64,000 bases of DNA from Hormiphora californensis (lineage: Eukaryota; Animalia; Ctenophora). Position numbers and translations under genes: made by a program. The stretch spans positions 3,038,001 to 3,102,000 of the forward strand of contig CM035355.1 of assembly GCA_020137815.1 (NCBI GenBank). The letters run 5' to 3'. Under the pieces are notes generated by a model. The model saw only the letters and a program-made list of their open reading frames with translations. It was not told the DNA's origin and ran no database searches. Positions 48,801 through 62,207 of the stretch are shown here, piece by piece. The stretch's first letter is position 1. The number at the start of each line of letters is the position of its first letter.

Positions 48801-51800
48801 GTATTTCTGCTAACTTATTTCTCTCATGAGTCATGAAATTCTTATTGCGGGTTTGAACATAACAACAAACTTGCAATCCGCTCTTTCATTTTCACTCTCT
48901 TTTCATCTGTACCACTTTCTCATTCTTTCATTCTCAAATGCTATTTATTTCCTCTTTTTCTCTTCATTCACTTCAAAGTGCAATCTCAAATCGGTGTAAT
49001 ATATTCTGCTGATTCCAAGAAAATAAATCAGATAAAGAGTGACTCGAATCACATAATCCAGTAAATGAAAATCAAAAGAAGAAAACAGTGGGGAAAGATA
49101 AAAATGCTTCGAAATCATTGCCATCTCAAAGGAAGAAGTAGTTATGAAACCAAGATCAAAATATTCGGTAAACATTGTAATAGGTCAAGTTGTTTTCTAA
49201 AATGACTTCTCACAACTTGACTTGGAAACGTGGGAATACCGTAATCTGGGGTAACTTTGTTTTGCAGGGTAACTTTGGACACTTTCAAAATTTGGCTTTA
49301 GTCCAAAATTACCAACAGATAACGAAATATTTGGCATAATTTTTGGGTGTACAAGTAATTGACCTACAAATGTCTAACTAACGGTACAATCATTTTTTTA
49401 AATTCTATGCTAATTGGCTCCTAATTAGGGGCAAACATAATTGATCTCAAAATCGCTAAAAATGTTCAAATCAAAATGGGTACCATAGATTTGACCGGGC
49501 TAATGACCGAATCAAGTTTGCTCCATAGAGTGGAAGGGTTTCGATCAAATAATTCGGGGCACCATTTTTCAAACCCGATCAATTACTTTAATTGAGACTA
49601 ATAGGGGTGGCTAATGTTACCCCACCGTTTTTTGAATTTTGGGGTAACTTTGGACGGGGTGCCAAAGTTACCCCACACTATAGGTTTTGAACTTTTGATG
49701 TCTGATGGCTGATATAACCTCTGATATATAAGATTCAGCCCACTCCACGCCCATTTCCATCTATATATTCGATAGGTTAGTGAAAACAACTAGGATTTGG
49801 ACTATTTTATGGAGCTAAATCACAGAAATCCGGCCTGAAACCCATCAAACTTCAATAATTTGGGGTTCCTCATCCATCCTGTAGCTTGTTAGATGGTATT
49901 GGCTCTCTAGGCGAGTGTGTTAGTTCTTGTAGACAATCTATACAGGAGCATGGAGATACCAAAACTCCTTTATTTAGCAAGTACCCATAAGTAGACCACT
50001 TCCTGTCTATCCAATTCAGCAAAAAGAACTAACACACTCGCCATAGAGGTTCAATACTATCTACCAAACTACAGGGTGGATGAGGGACCCCAAATTATTG
50101 AAGTTTGATGGGTTTCAGGCCGGATGTGGCAACCTCTACATCAACTCCGATTGAGCTGAAATTTTATTTGGTGGTTAGTTTCATTATTCCTCACACCCAA
50201 AAAAGTTGAGTCGAGATCAACCATTTTTTTTAAATCATGGGGCGTTTGGCTAACCCTATTGTTCTTTTTTTAATTTATTGACCCATTTAAACTCCATTTA
50301 AACATTTTATGTTCATTTATGTATCATTACAAAATGTTCGGATTTATGTTTGTTCCAATATTACTATCGTGGGGTAACTTTGGACGGGTGTCCAAAGTTA
50401 CCCCACCCTCATTCCAAAGTTACCCCATGCCCTAAAACCCCACTTACACTAAAATACACGTTAATTAATGTAATTAAATGAAAGGGGACCAAAAATTTCA
50501 CTAGTTATATCTGGTGTACTAGGTCTGGAACGGGATTATTTGGTTCAAAAATTTTCGAGTGTGGTTCTGGCAAGGAGTTATTTTAGGAGAATGCTAAAAA
50601 GTGGTACAAAGTTACCCCAACTTACGGTATATAATAGTAAGATATCTTCTTGTTATATCTCTTTTCTGACATCACAAAGAAAAAGAGCACGTTTTCAAGA
50701 ATGAAGTCTTTTTCTTTGTAACAAGCTCTCCAATTGGATAGAGCACTCTCGCAAGATCCCTTTTCTTTTCATTTCTTTTCATATATCGCTCGATTGATGT
50801 AAATTGCAACTGCTTCGCAATAAATCTGGCTCACATTATTCACTCTTGAACTATCTCCATTTTTAATACCGGATCTCATTTCAACATAAATCAGGTTACC
50901 GCCGTGGCCAGATTACTTACCATTTCAGAACACATTCTCTGGTACCAATTATCATTATATCTTCCACAACTAACTCTAAATTCTCTGCTCAAGACATAGA
51001 ATAACTCATAATCTCCATTCTCAAAGATGCTCCCAAATTCTCCACTCCGCTCGCCAAATTTCTCCCCAAAATGATTAACAAACTCACTCAAAATCTCGGT
51101 AAAACTACTCACATCACAAAACAGAACTTTTCCACACTGGGAGAACAACTCCCGGAGGACATTGGAATCGAAGAGGTCTTTAGGGATCCGGTCGATAAAC
51201 AGGGTCCGGGAATGGAGATCATCGTAAGAGTTCATTGCTAGAGGAGCCCAGTCTGTCCTGACGATTCGGCCGCGGAGGAAGCGACCAGTTAGGGATTCTT
51301 TGGCATTTTTGGCGTCCTCTCGGTTCTCAAACTCAACAAATCCGCAACCCTTCATGTAGCCCGTTTTTAGGGAACGGAGAAGGAAGGCTCTATTAACTTT
51401 TCCAAATGGTGCTAGCATATCCTGAGGACAAGTGTGTGTGTGAGGAGCAACAAGTTGAATCGGATCAATATTCAATTTGAGGTACGTGCAAAATTGGGTT
51501 TATTTGTGGAAAGTGTCACTACTCACCCAAAGTATAGCCTCATCAATTGAGAGGGAGAGGTTTCCGAGGAAGAGGAAGTTATCAGAGGGGGCCATAACAA
51601 CACCAACTTTATTCTCCTTGAATACAGCCCCATCAACCTGAATGATAGTTAGATTTTTATTAATATTAAATCTGAAATACACCTAGTTAGAACTAGAGAG
51701 CATCGAGGCATTGTTATTTTGAATTAAATAGCTTTCTTAAACAAGTACAGACTTTAGAGGAGAATAATGAAATAGGAAAATCACCTGAGCAATAGCTTTT

Positions 51801-52180
51801 TGAGCACTCTTGCTATCAACAAATGTGACTCGAGCAGTATTTCTATCTGTCACTGTAACGTTACTGACTGGGAAGTCCTTGAACAAAATCTGGTGGATTT
51901 CCTGAAAAATGGTCGTTTAGCAACCAAAACCACAGGATACAAATGAGGAGGGGAGATAAGATCGACAAACCTCAGGGCTGGGATCATTTGGTAGATTTTT
52001 GATTTCAACCCGTTTTCTCTTCATGAATTCTTCCTGGCTTTGTTCGATCAAGTTGGCCTTCTCAGCCTCTGGAGGATCAGTAGGTTTGTCATCAGCATGG
52101 TCCTCTTCACTGTTCATGACGGCTTGTGCACCCTCATGATCCCGGTGACCTCCCCTACTGGAGCGTCCGATAGGTGGCAT
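45868..52180 (-). CDS. RAVER1: RAVER1/2-like RNA-binding protein: 3 RRMs, 2 CCHC zinc knuckles, Pro/Gln-rich tail
   Basis: KRVEIKNLP, FLGNL..PFGKVNRAFL..TGYMKGCGFVEF, LHSRTLFIDRIP, SRGFGFVDF, LRLAFGVPG follow the RAVER RRM order; CFNCNEMGHMARDC and CYNCHMAGHVARDC. Confidence 0.8.
49239..50627. mobile_element. Tc1/mariner-pogo-like non-autonomous element, TA TSD, with inner inverted repeat ~49829-50125
   Basis: TA|CCGTAATCTGGGGTAACTTTGT..ACAAAGTTACCCCAACTTACGG|TA; recurrent GGGGTAACTTTGGAC motif. Confidence 0.82.
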
Positions 52181-52321
52181 ACCTAATGACAATAATACTG
52201 TTGGTTGCCAATGGGACAGAAGTTATGAAATGCAGTGACCAATTCGGATTAGAGTCTGGAGACAAAAAGAGGGCAGCAAATCGGGTCGAAGAGTGGAGCG
52301 GAAATGTCCGTGAAACCAAAA

Positions 52322-55300
52322 CAGGGTGTGAACTGCATGTCGTGTTTGCTAGTCGCGAGCGCGCTTGCGAGACAAGCAAACACGTCAAGGTTCATTAACA
52401 AGCATGCTGCTCAGTCATTTTAGATTTAATACACAATGTAAGGATACCATGTAATAGGTGAGACTCTTGCCGTCACCCTCGTTCAAGTCCCGTGAAAAAC
52501 GGAGCAGTACACGCAAACTGATGCCCATTTTCCTCGCGTGACCCCGATTCAGCAGTTTGAGACACCAACTCTTTAGGGGGCCATATCTCAGGAACCAGAC
52601 AAGATAGGAAAAATCGCCGTCTAACGAGGCGTACAGTTTTTAATCTAGTTTACCACTGTACCGGCCGTTTCACTCTCCGACCTAAAACAAAAATCGCAAC
52701 CCCACAAAACTTCAAAATAATGAAATTCGCATCTCGCATGTCGTGTTGCATGTCGTGTCATGTTATTGACGCGCTCGCGTTCAACTCTCACACAGCAGCT
52801 GCAGAACATGGCGGGAAACATCGAGGAGTAGAGAGAGGGTCGGTGCCGAATCAAATATTTCTTGATCTTGATCTACTCCATCTCTCAGCTATCCTACCCC
52901 TCATCAACTCGATCTCTCAGCTACCCTACCCCTCATCTACTCCATCTTTCAGCTACCCTACCCCTCATCTACTCCATCTTTCAGCTACCCTACCCCTTAT
53001 CTAGTCCATCTCTCATCTACCCTACTCCTCATCTACTCCATCTCTCAGCTTCCCTATTAGGGAAGCATAGAGATGGAAACGATTAGGGGTAGGGAATCCC
53101 TATCCATAATCGTTTCCATCTCTATGCTTCCCTAGCCCTCATCAACTCCATCTTTCAGCTACCCTACCCCTAATCTAGTCCATCTCTCCGCTTCCCTACC
53201 TGCCATTTACTCCATCTCTCAGATACCCTACCTCCCATTTACTCCATCTCTCAGCTTACCTACCTCCCATTTACTCCATCTCTCAGCTTACCTACCTCCC
53301 ATTTACTCCATCTCTCAGCTTCCCTACCTCCCATTTACTCCATCTCTCAGCTACCCTACCTCCCATTCACTCCATCTCTCAGCTACCCTACCTCCCATTT
53401 ACTCCATCTCTCAGCTTCCCTACCTCCCATTTAATCCATCCCTCAGCTTCCCTACCTCCCATTTACTCCATCCTTGCCTCCCATTTACTCCATCTCTCAG
53501 CTACCCTACCTCCCATTCACTCCATCTCTCAACTGCCCTACCTCCCATTTACTCCATCTCTCAGCTGCCCTACCTCCCATTTACTCCATCTCTCAGCTAC
53601 CCTACCTCCCATTTACTTCATCTCTCAGCTTCCCTACCTCCCATTTAATCCATCCCTCAGCTTCCCTACCTCCCATTTACTCCATCCTTGCCTCCCATTT
53701 ACTCCATCTCTCAGCTTCCCTACCTCCCATTTACTCCATCCCTCAGCTACCCTACCTCCCATTTGATCCATCTCTCAGCTTCTCTACCTCCCATTTACTC
53801 CATCTCTCATTTATCCTAACATTCCTACCCCTGAGAGATGGAGTAAATGGGAGGTAGGGAAGCTGAGAGATGAAGTAAATGGGAGGTAGGAAAGCTGAGA
53901 GATGGAGTAAATGGGTGGTAGGGTAGCTGAGAGATGGAGTAAATGGCAGGTAGGGAAGCTGAGAGATGGAGTAAATGTGAGGTAGGGAAACTGAGAGATG
54001 GAGTAAATGGGAGGTAGGTAAGCTGAGAGATGGAGTAAATGGGAGGTAGGTAAGCTGAGAGATGGAGTAAATGGGAGGTAAGGTAGCTGAGAGATGGAGT
54101 AAATGGGAGGTAGGGTAGCTGAGAGATGGAGTAAATGGGAGCTAGGGTAGCTGAGAGATGGAGTAAATGGGAGGTAGGGAAGCTGAGAGATGGAGTAAAT
54201 GGAAGGTAAGGTAGCTGAGAGATGGAGTAAATGGGAGGTAGGGAAGCTGAGCGATGGAGTAAATGGGAGGTAGGGTAGCTGAGAGATGGAGTAAATGGGA
54301 GGTAGGGAAGCTGAGAGATGGAGTAAATGGGAGGTAGGGTAGCTGAGAGATGGAGTAAATTAGAGGTAGGGAAGCTGAGAAATGGAGTAAATGGGAGGTA
54401 GGGTAGCTGAGAGATGGAGTAAATGGGAGGTAGGGAAGCTGAGAGATGGAGTAAATGGCAGGTAGGGAAGGTAAGCGATGGAGTAAATGGGAGGTAGGGT
54501 ATCTGAGAGATGGAGTAAATGGCAGGTAGGGAAGCTGAGATATGGAGTAAATGGGAGGTAGGTAAGCTGAGAGATGGAGTAAATGGGAGGTAGGGAAGCT
54601 GAGAGATGGAGTAAATGGGAGGTAGGGTAGCTGAGAGATGGAGTAGATGAGGAGTAGGGTAGCGGAGAGATGGACTAGATTAGGGGTAGGGTAGCTGAAA
54701 GATGGAGTTGATGAGGGCTAGGGAAGCATAGAGATGGAAACGATTATGGATAGGGATTCCCTACCCCTAATCGTTTCCATCTCTATGCTTCCCTAATAGG
54801 GAAGCTGAGAGATGAAGTAGATGAGGAGTAGGGTAGCTGAGAGATGGACTAGATAAGGGGTAGAGTAGCTGAAAGATGGAGTAGATGAGGGGTAGGGTAG
54901 CTGAAAGATGGAGTAGATGAGGGGTAGGGTAGCTGAGAGATCGAGTTGATGAGGGGTAGGATAGCTGAGAGATGGAGTAGATCAAGATCAAGAAATATTT
55001 GATTCGGCACCGACCCTCTCTCTACTCCTCGATGTTTCCCGCCATGTTCTGCAGCTGCTGTGTGAGAGTTGAACGCGAGCGCGTCAATAACATGACACGA
55101 CATGCAACACGACATGCGAGATGCGAATTTCATTATTTTGAAGTTTTGTGGGGTTGCGATTTTTGTTTTAGGTCGGAGAGTGAAACGGCCGGTACAGTGG
55201 TAAACTAGATTAAAAACTGTACGCCTCGTTAGACGGCGATTTTTCCTATCTTGTCTGGTTCCTGAGATATTGCCCCCTAAAGAGTTGGTGTCTCAAACTG

Positions 55301-55635
55301 CTGAATCGGGGTCACGCGAGGAAAATGGGCATCAGTTTGCGTGTACTGCTCCGTTTTTCACGGGACTTGAACGAGGGTGACGGCAAGAGTCTCACCTATT
55401 ACATGGTATCCTTACATTGTGTATTAAATCTAAAATGACTGAGCAGCATGCTTGTTAATGAACCTTGACGTGTTTGCTTGTCTCGCAAGCGCGCTCGCGA
55501 CTAGCAAACACGACATGCAGTTCACACTGCAAAAAGACACCTAAAAAAGGAACAGAATGGAACACATGCAGTTGGCAAACGTTGCTGGCCCCCGGGATAA
55601 GGCAGCGCTTTTCAACACATGCAGTTCACACCCTG
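52322..55635. mobile_element. Giant foldback with inverted 31-bp minisatellite arrays at its core
   Basis: Arms 52326-~53810 and ~53830-55527 are reverse complements; core (CTACCTCCCATTTACTCCATCTCTCAGCTTCC)n; CAGGGTGTGAACTGCATG terminus matches again at 55618-55635. Confidence 0.9.
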
Positions 55636-55984
55636 CAAAAAAACAACGCGAACGAAATTTACCGAAATTCATAGCGCGCGGCTTTGAAAAGTCTAAAATT
55701 TGGCAGCGCTTTACACGTTTTGTTTGGACTCGACTCGCGCGTTACAATTTTTGAGTGATTTGGCGTCGTTGTTTAACTGATTTTTTTGCGTTTCTCAGCT
55801 CAGCTCCGCGTTAAAAAATCTGGGCGTTTTGAGTGTCAGCACTCACGTGTCACTGTTTTTTAGGGTTAGGGCTAAAGTAGAGTTAGAGCTAGAGCTAGGG
55901 TCGGGGTTGGGGTTAGGGCTTGAAAATTCAAATAATAATAATTTGCGCAAAAACACAGGATATTTAAAAAAATAAACCTCCTCA

Positions 55985-56740
55985 TTAGTCATTAATAACA
56001 CACCAGCTCAGCAACAAACAACATTCATCAAGATTGGAATTGATCAGGCCGCCACTGCAGGATAGAGTTGTTGTTCGATTGAGATGGATACTCGATAATA
56101 GGTGGAGTATCAGGGATGAAACAAAGGTAGACACCCAGGCGTGATTTAAAATGGGAAAGTGTCGGTGCCTCCTTAACATGTCGTGGTAGAGTGTTCCACA
56201 GTTGGGGGCCCTTAACTGCAAAAGAACCCTCAAACATGGTGAGATTTGATCGTTGAGCTTCATAAGAATATCTGGGAACGATTGCTCTTGGTCCAGAACG
56301 GGGGCTCTCCACAAAGCCCATGTTGGTGGTGTTTGGTGATTCACCATTGTATATTTTCCAGACCATTATCATAGTGTATCTCTCACGACGTCTTTGAAGT
56401 GACAGTAGACACAGGGATCGGAGTCTCTGCCAGTAGTCCAGGCCTTAAAGGCCGGCGATTTTACGAGTAAAAGCACGTTGAATATCCTCTAAACGACTGA
56501 TATCGCCAATCTTGGTGGGGGACCAAAGAGTACAACAGTAGTCCAGGTGTGGACGCACCAGGGATTTGTAGAGGGTAACCATGGTGCCCCGAGAACGGGA
56601 CCTGAATGCACTGAGGGTCCAGCCAGCAATACGTCTCGCCTCTGATATTACACGAGATATCTGGGCTGACCATGAACCGTCGGAGGAGAGAAGAACGCCA
56701 AGATCCCGAACGGTACGGGAAGGGATAATAGCTTGAGATT
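55985..56740 (-). mobile_element. Degraded CR1-like LINE 3' fragment
   Basis: VRDLGVLL..LYKSLVRPHLDYC..WSP..LEDIQRAFTRKI..SLQRRRERY..GPQLWNTLP with a frame break. Confidence 0.85.
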
Positions 56741-56784
56741 TCCTATCAGATAAACTTTGAATTAGCCAAAACCGTTGAGTGGTT

Positions 56785-56939
56785 TAAAGTCGGATTTTTT
56801 GAAGTTGTCACCCCCAAATGACCGCGCATGTGAAATTTATCAATTTTGACGCGCACACCACACGTTAACATGTGATGTGACGCGCAAAAACATTCCGCGC
56901 ACGAGAAGGGGGGTGACAACTTCAAAAAATCCGACTTTA
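56785..56939. mobile_element. MITE with ~31-bp TIRs flanked by GTGGTT direct repeats
   Basis: TAAAGTCGGATTTTTTGAAGTTGTCACCCCC pairs with GGGGGTGACAACTTCAAAAAATCCGACTTTA. Confidence 0.8.
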
Positions 56940-56984
56940 GTGGTTAGAGCGAATTTAGTGTAGGGTACTTTGGGCGCCATGCAA

Positions 56985-57179
56985 TGCCGAAATCGATGAA
57001 CATTCTCGGAAATGTTTAGGTTTGCACCACATTACCAGTTTCAACCAATCGCAGCGCAGAACAGCTTCAGCAAGCACATGTGACCCGCACGTATAAGGGC
57101 TGTTCGGCGCTTTGATTGGTTGAAACTGGTAACGCGATGCAGACTTGAAAATTTCCGAGAATGCTCATCGATTTCGGCA
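56985..57179. mobile_element. Hairpin MITE
   Basis: TGCCGAAATCGATGAACATTCTCGGAAAT pairs with ATTTCCGAGAATGCTCATCGATTTCGGCA; inner TTACCAGTTTCAACCAATC arms. Confidence 0.75.
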
Positions 57180-57431
57180 GACGATACGCTAGACGGGTAA
57201 GGGCTACCCGTTAGGGTTTGGCCACAGTGGTACTCTATATCTCGTGTTTTCCTTGTCTATTCCAGAGACTAGTATAGATACCCATTGAACTTTTTCCTTT
57301 CTAGTTTTTAAGAAAATTTAATCGACAAATTTCAAAGAGACACACTTTAGACAGCTTTCAAACTTCAATCTGTATTCAATTTAACCAATATTTAGTCACA
57401 GCACCGATGTTTAGTTACATCATAGTATTCA

Positions 57432-58307
57432 TTATATGGATCGGCAGCTTGTACACTTCTTCTCGCTGGCACTGGTCACCTTGAATACACTTAAGAACTC
57501 TCTCTTATTGATCCGACCATCGTTGTTCTTGTCAAGGTCCGCGATCATGGCCTCAAACTCAATCTCGCTACACTTCTGACCCAAACTAAACAAACTTTGT
57601 TTAAATTCCTCCCTGCTCAAGTGACCGTCTCCGTCCGTATCGAAGGCTCTAAAAACAGCCTCAAACTGAGTTCGAGGAGTTTGTGATGGCTGATGTTGCC
57701 GGGACATGAGTCGTATAAACTCGCACAGTGATAGCACTCCATTATCATCAATATCAACTGATTCGATCATCGACATGACTTCCTCATCTGATGGTTTCAG
57801 ACCTGATCAGGAAGATGAAAATATCAGACATTTTGTAGAGCAATAAACCGGAACATGATGCTAAAAAAGTACAGCACAGAAACACATCCTACCGATACCC
57901 GCCCTCTCCCACAATACCCTCTATAGAGGTAGTAGGTAGAGGTGACCAGGTAACATAACAGGGAACATACCGACTGTGAAGAGCAGTATTCTCAGTTCCA
58001 TTGTTGAGATAACCCCATCACCATTCATATCAAATGCACTGAAGAAATAGTATGAGATAGATGGATTCGTGACATCAAACAATGGGCATATAAGCCGATT
58101 ATTGAAATTATTTGAAATTGTGCAATTTAGGGCTTCTGTCACAGTTGAATATTTTCATAAATTGAATGGTACCGTGCGAGTTCAGGAAATGAAACAGATG
58201 ACACACAGGAAACTGGTGTCTTACCTAAAAGCGCTCTCATATTCCTGGACCTGCTCGAGTGTCAATGTAACAGGTATGAGGGGTGTGTCTCTTTTGAAGA
58301 TCGTCAT
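57432..58307 (-). CDS. Calmodulin-like 4-EF-hand protein, copy A (3 exons)
   Basis: EQVQEYESAF, FDMNGDGVIST, DIDDNGVLS, DTDGDGHLS, DKNNDGRIN. Confidence 0.9.
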
Positions 58308-58931
58308 TTAGATATATCAGAAGACAGTATACAACAAAACGAAAGAGAGACAAAGTGAACTGTGTGTCTACTGTCTAGATACAAGATCTTTAAGTATCAT
58401 TAGGACGATCCAGGATCATCGATTTGCTTGATCACGTAGCTAATTAGGAAGAATCAGTCTCACAGGAGGTCGGTAGTTTGTTGTAAATCATGTACAAAAT
58501 AATAAGGTAATGGCCAACCTCAGATTGCTAACTGGCATAGCCAACTTATTTTCTAGAGAGAGATGTAGTGGGCTAGTATCTGATTTATGCTAATTACTGA
58601 TGAGGTCAATGTTGTGTATAAGTGCATAATGGTCCCCATTAATCCCCCAGCTCTATAGTTCTTTAACAGATAGTCTTACTACTGGATAGCAACTGTGAGA
58701 GAGAACTCAGAGTATAATGTATGTATAGCACTAACTGCCAGCTTGAGTTGCCCTGGAGTTATACCCCCCCCCCCAATTATATGAATGTTATACATGGCCC
58801 CAGGCCATGTTATATGAATGGATTCATTTGTTTCAGTTCTAAAAATTGAAACATTATCACCTTCTAAAACCCAATAAAATAATGAACTTTGGCCTGAATT
58901 AAATAATTAACTTTTTAACAAATACATCTGT

Positions 58932-59673
58932 TCAACAGTTAGCGGTTCTCTTATCGCTCGTTATCATAAAAACACTTAAAAATTCCTTCTTACTGATCCT
59001 CCCGTCCATGTTTCTGTCTAAGTCGGCCATCAAAGAGTCGAATTCTTCCTCACTGCACCTCTGCCCCACACTAAACAAACTCTGTTTAAATTCCTCCCGA
59101 CTCAACTGACCATTACCGTCGGTGTCAAAGGCCCTGAAAACCGCTTCAAATTGGGACCGAGGTGTGGAGAAGGGTTGGTGCTGTTTCGACATGAGTCGTA
59201 TAAACTCACACAGTGATAGCACTCCATTATCATCAATATCAACTGATTCGATCATCGACATGACTTCTTCATCTGACGGTTTCAAACCTGATCAGAAAGA
59301 GAGTTTCCTTTTAGAAGAATTTAACTAATGGAGATTTCTTTTTAAGTTCGATCCTTACCTACTGTGTAAAGAAGGATCTTTAATTCCAGTGTTGAAATTA
59401 CACCGTCGCCGTTTATATCAAACTTCTGGAGAGAAAATAACTAGGAAGAGTTTATTAATTTCAGACAGTTCCCTGTCTAAACAGGACATGAAACAAACAA
59501 ACCAGGAAAACAAACAAACCAGGAAAACAAACAAATTACAAAACTATGTCTCCAATCCAATACTGTTTTACAAATGGAAAGTCGATTACCTTGAATGCGC
59601 TCTCGTACTCCCTAACTTGCTCCAGTGTTAGTGTGACTGGAATTAGCGGCGTGTCTCGTTTGAAGATCGTCAT
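58932..59673 (-). CDS. Calmodulin-like 4-EF-hand protein, copy B (3 exons, tandem paralogue)
   Basis: Same exon structure and near-identical MTIFKRDTPLIPVTLTLEQV start; FDINGDG, DIDDNG, DTDGNG, DRNMDG. Confidence 0.9.
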
Positions 59674-60634
59674 TAGCCCTTTCACTACTCGAGCACTAAC
59701 AGGGGGAGGGCCGGGTTATGCACTGGGAGAGAGGATCAATCAAGGCAATTAGAGAGGGGAGTCAGTTACAGCCAGGTGTCAATACGAATGGAGCTAGGGT
59801 GCAGTTATACGGAATTACACGTTCATTATAACTTCTAGGACACACACTTGGATAGCATTGTTAGGAGTCCGTTTGGAATATTAAATTCAACGCACGAACG
59901 AGCTGAATGACTTAATATTAGATATAACACATTTAGACGGAGAATAGTTGGCATTTATTAGACATACTAGACATGGAGTGATAATAGACCATCTGTTATT
60001 ACTAGGAAACTAAACGTTATGTCTATGTGCATGAATAAACATACTTAATCGCAGTTAACCTGCCACGCCACAACTTGTCCTTTATTTTAGTCGCTAAAAG
60101 ATGATTTTATAACAACATCGCATACAAAACACAATCGCATACTTTATATTCTATAGCCTCACTTTTTCTGGAGTTTTGTCAAACATTCAAAACAAGGAAT
60201 TTTCAAGTCAAATGACAAATAATAGACAAAAATATTTATCACATACCGTCTGGAGGGGGTGCTGGGTGTTGAGACGGCCCTGTTTAGTGCGGACCTGTCC
60301 ACTGAGGGTACTACAAAGTTTTTCAGCTCCTCTGTCCCAGGAGGGCCAGGGGTATCCTGCATCGCCCCAGGAAATACTCTTTTCAGGAATCTGGGAGTGG
60401 GCATCTTGAGAGAAACAATAAACTATACTACTTGTGTCTTGTGCACGTAATAACAATCGAATCGATTACAGTCCTAAATAACAAACACTATCAATTGTAT
60501 TCGTCTACAAAAAACGTGACCTAGGCATTACTACTTACTTTGGATCGATCTTAGAGCGGAGAGCTAGGGATAGGAAATCATTCTCATCAGAGACGTCTGA
60601 AGACAAGCTCATTCCAAATACCATATCCCCCTGC

Positions 60635-60665
60635 AGAGAGGGGAGAGAAAGAAAGAGAGAAAGAT

Positions 60666-60748
<83 letters not shown>

Positions 60749-61284
60749 GAGAGAGGGGGGATAACTAAGCGATGTAAAGAGATGCGATGTAAAGAAAGGC
60801 TAGAGAATAAAGCAGGTAGTTAGTCGGCTGAAGGGATTACCTGAGTGGAAAATAATTGGTCAATCTGAACAAGGGGAGAGTAAGGGAACGAAATTGAGAG
60901 ATATGAAACAAGGGAGAGAGAGAGAGGGAGAGAGAGGGATAAAGAGAGCATCCCTCTCCCTCTCTCAAAGGGAGGTATAATGAGTCAGGCACGTTGGCTC
61001 CCAAACAATGGCACAGTTACACAGGTTACCAGGTATTTCTAAACTCTATATTTTTCTATCTGTTTTCCTCTTTATTGATCTCTCGTTTATCTCATATCAA
61101 TTATCTATTTATTCCATATCTCGATCTATAAAGCTTATATGTAGTCTGGGAAGCTGGTGCTAGTGGTCGGAAACACATACACAACCATCAACCTTCATCT
61201 CTATCTGCATTCTTTAGACTTTTTAGACTCTTTATCTTTCTCTCTCTCTCTCTCTCCTCTCTCTCTCCTCTCTCTCTCTCTCTC

Positions 61285-61372
<88 letters not shown>

Positions 61373-61974
61373 CCCTCTCTCTCTCTCTCCCGGTTTGGCT
61401 CCGACAATCAACTGAAACATCTGATCGGAAACTGGTCCAAAGCAAAATGCCAGCTTCGCTAAGCGAGACCGCTTTATTGTACGCTTTATTGTCCTCTCGG
61501 GAGAGCAATCAGAGGAATGCAGAAGTTGTGCAGAAGTCACAACAAATTGTTGTAATGATTTCCGAGAAGAAAAGATCTGATAATGGCCGCTCAAGACAAG
61601 ATGCAGCAGACCAACATTATATTATAACTAATATTGATTTTAAACTAATTTGCAATATAGGAAAAGTAGCAAACATACGCAGATTAGAGGCAGGAACAGT
61701 CCCGGAAAAACAACGACGAATAAAAATTCTAAACTTTTTTATTGTTGATAAATAAATAACGGTTTTTGCTGTAGAAAAGATTCAATATAATAAAGGCGTT
61801 AGACAGTACAACATATATATTTGACCGTAATGAGAGAGAGATAAACTGAGAGTGAGCCGTTTAGAGAGATCCCAGCAAGTACCGTGGTCATAGCAGTGTT
61901 TTAGTACCGCATAGTTTCACCCAGTTATAAAGACCTTGATCTAAGTAATTATTGGCAAAGAGGGAGAGAGAGAT

Positions 61975-62042
<68 letters not shown>

Positions 62043-62137
62043 ATAGTCTTTGTTGATAGTTACAGCGAATGACAAAACTATCAAACACAAAGGATACGAT
62101 TTGGGGAATCTACGGAAGTATCTACCTAACTCGAATC

Positions 62138-62203
<66 letters not shown>
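60635..62203. repeat. Cluster of (GA)n/(CT)n microsatellites (~60635-60755, 61240-61390, 61960-62040, 62142-62203)
   Basis: Direct reading. Confidence 0.95.

Positions 62204-62207
<4 letters not shown>

Noticed and set aside
55859-55919. Degenerate TTAGGG-like repeats as a telomere
   Set aside because: Short, degenerate and interstitial; more likely part of a repeat element.
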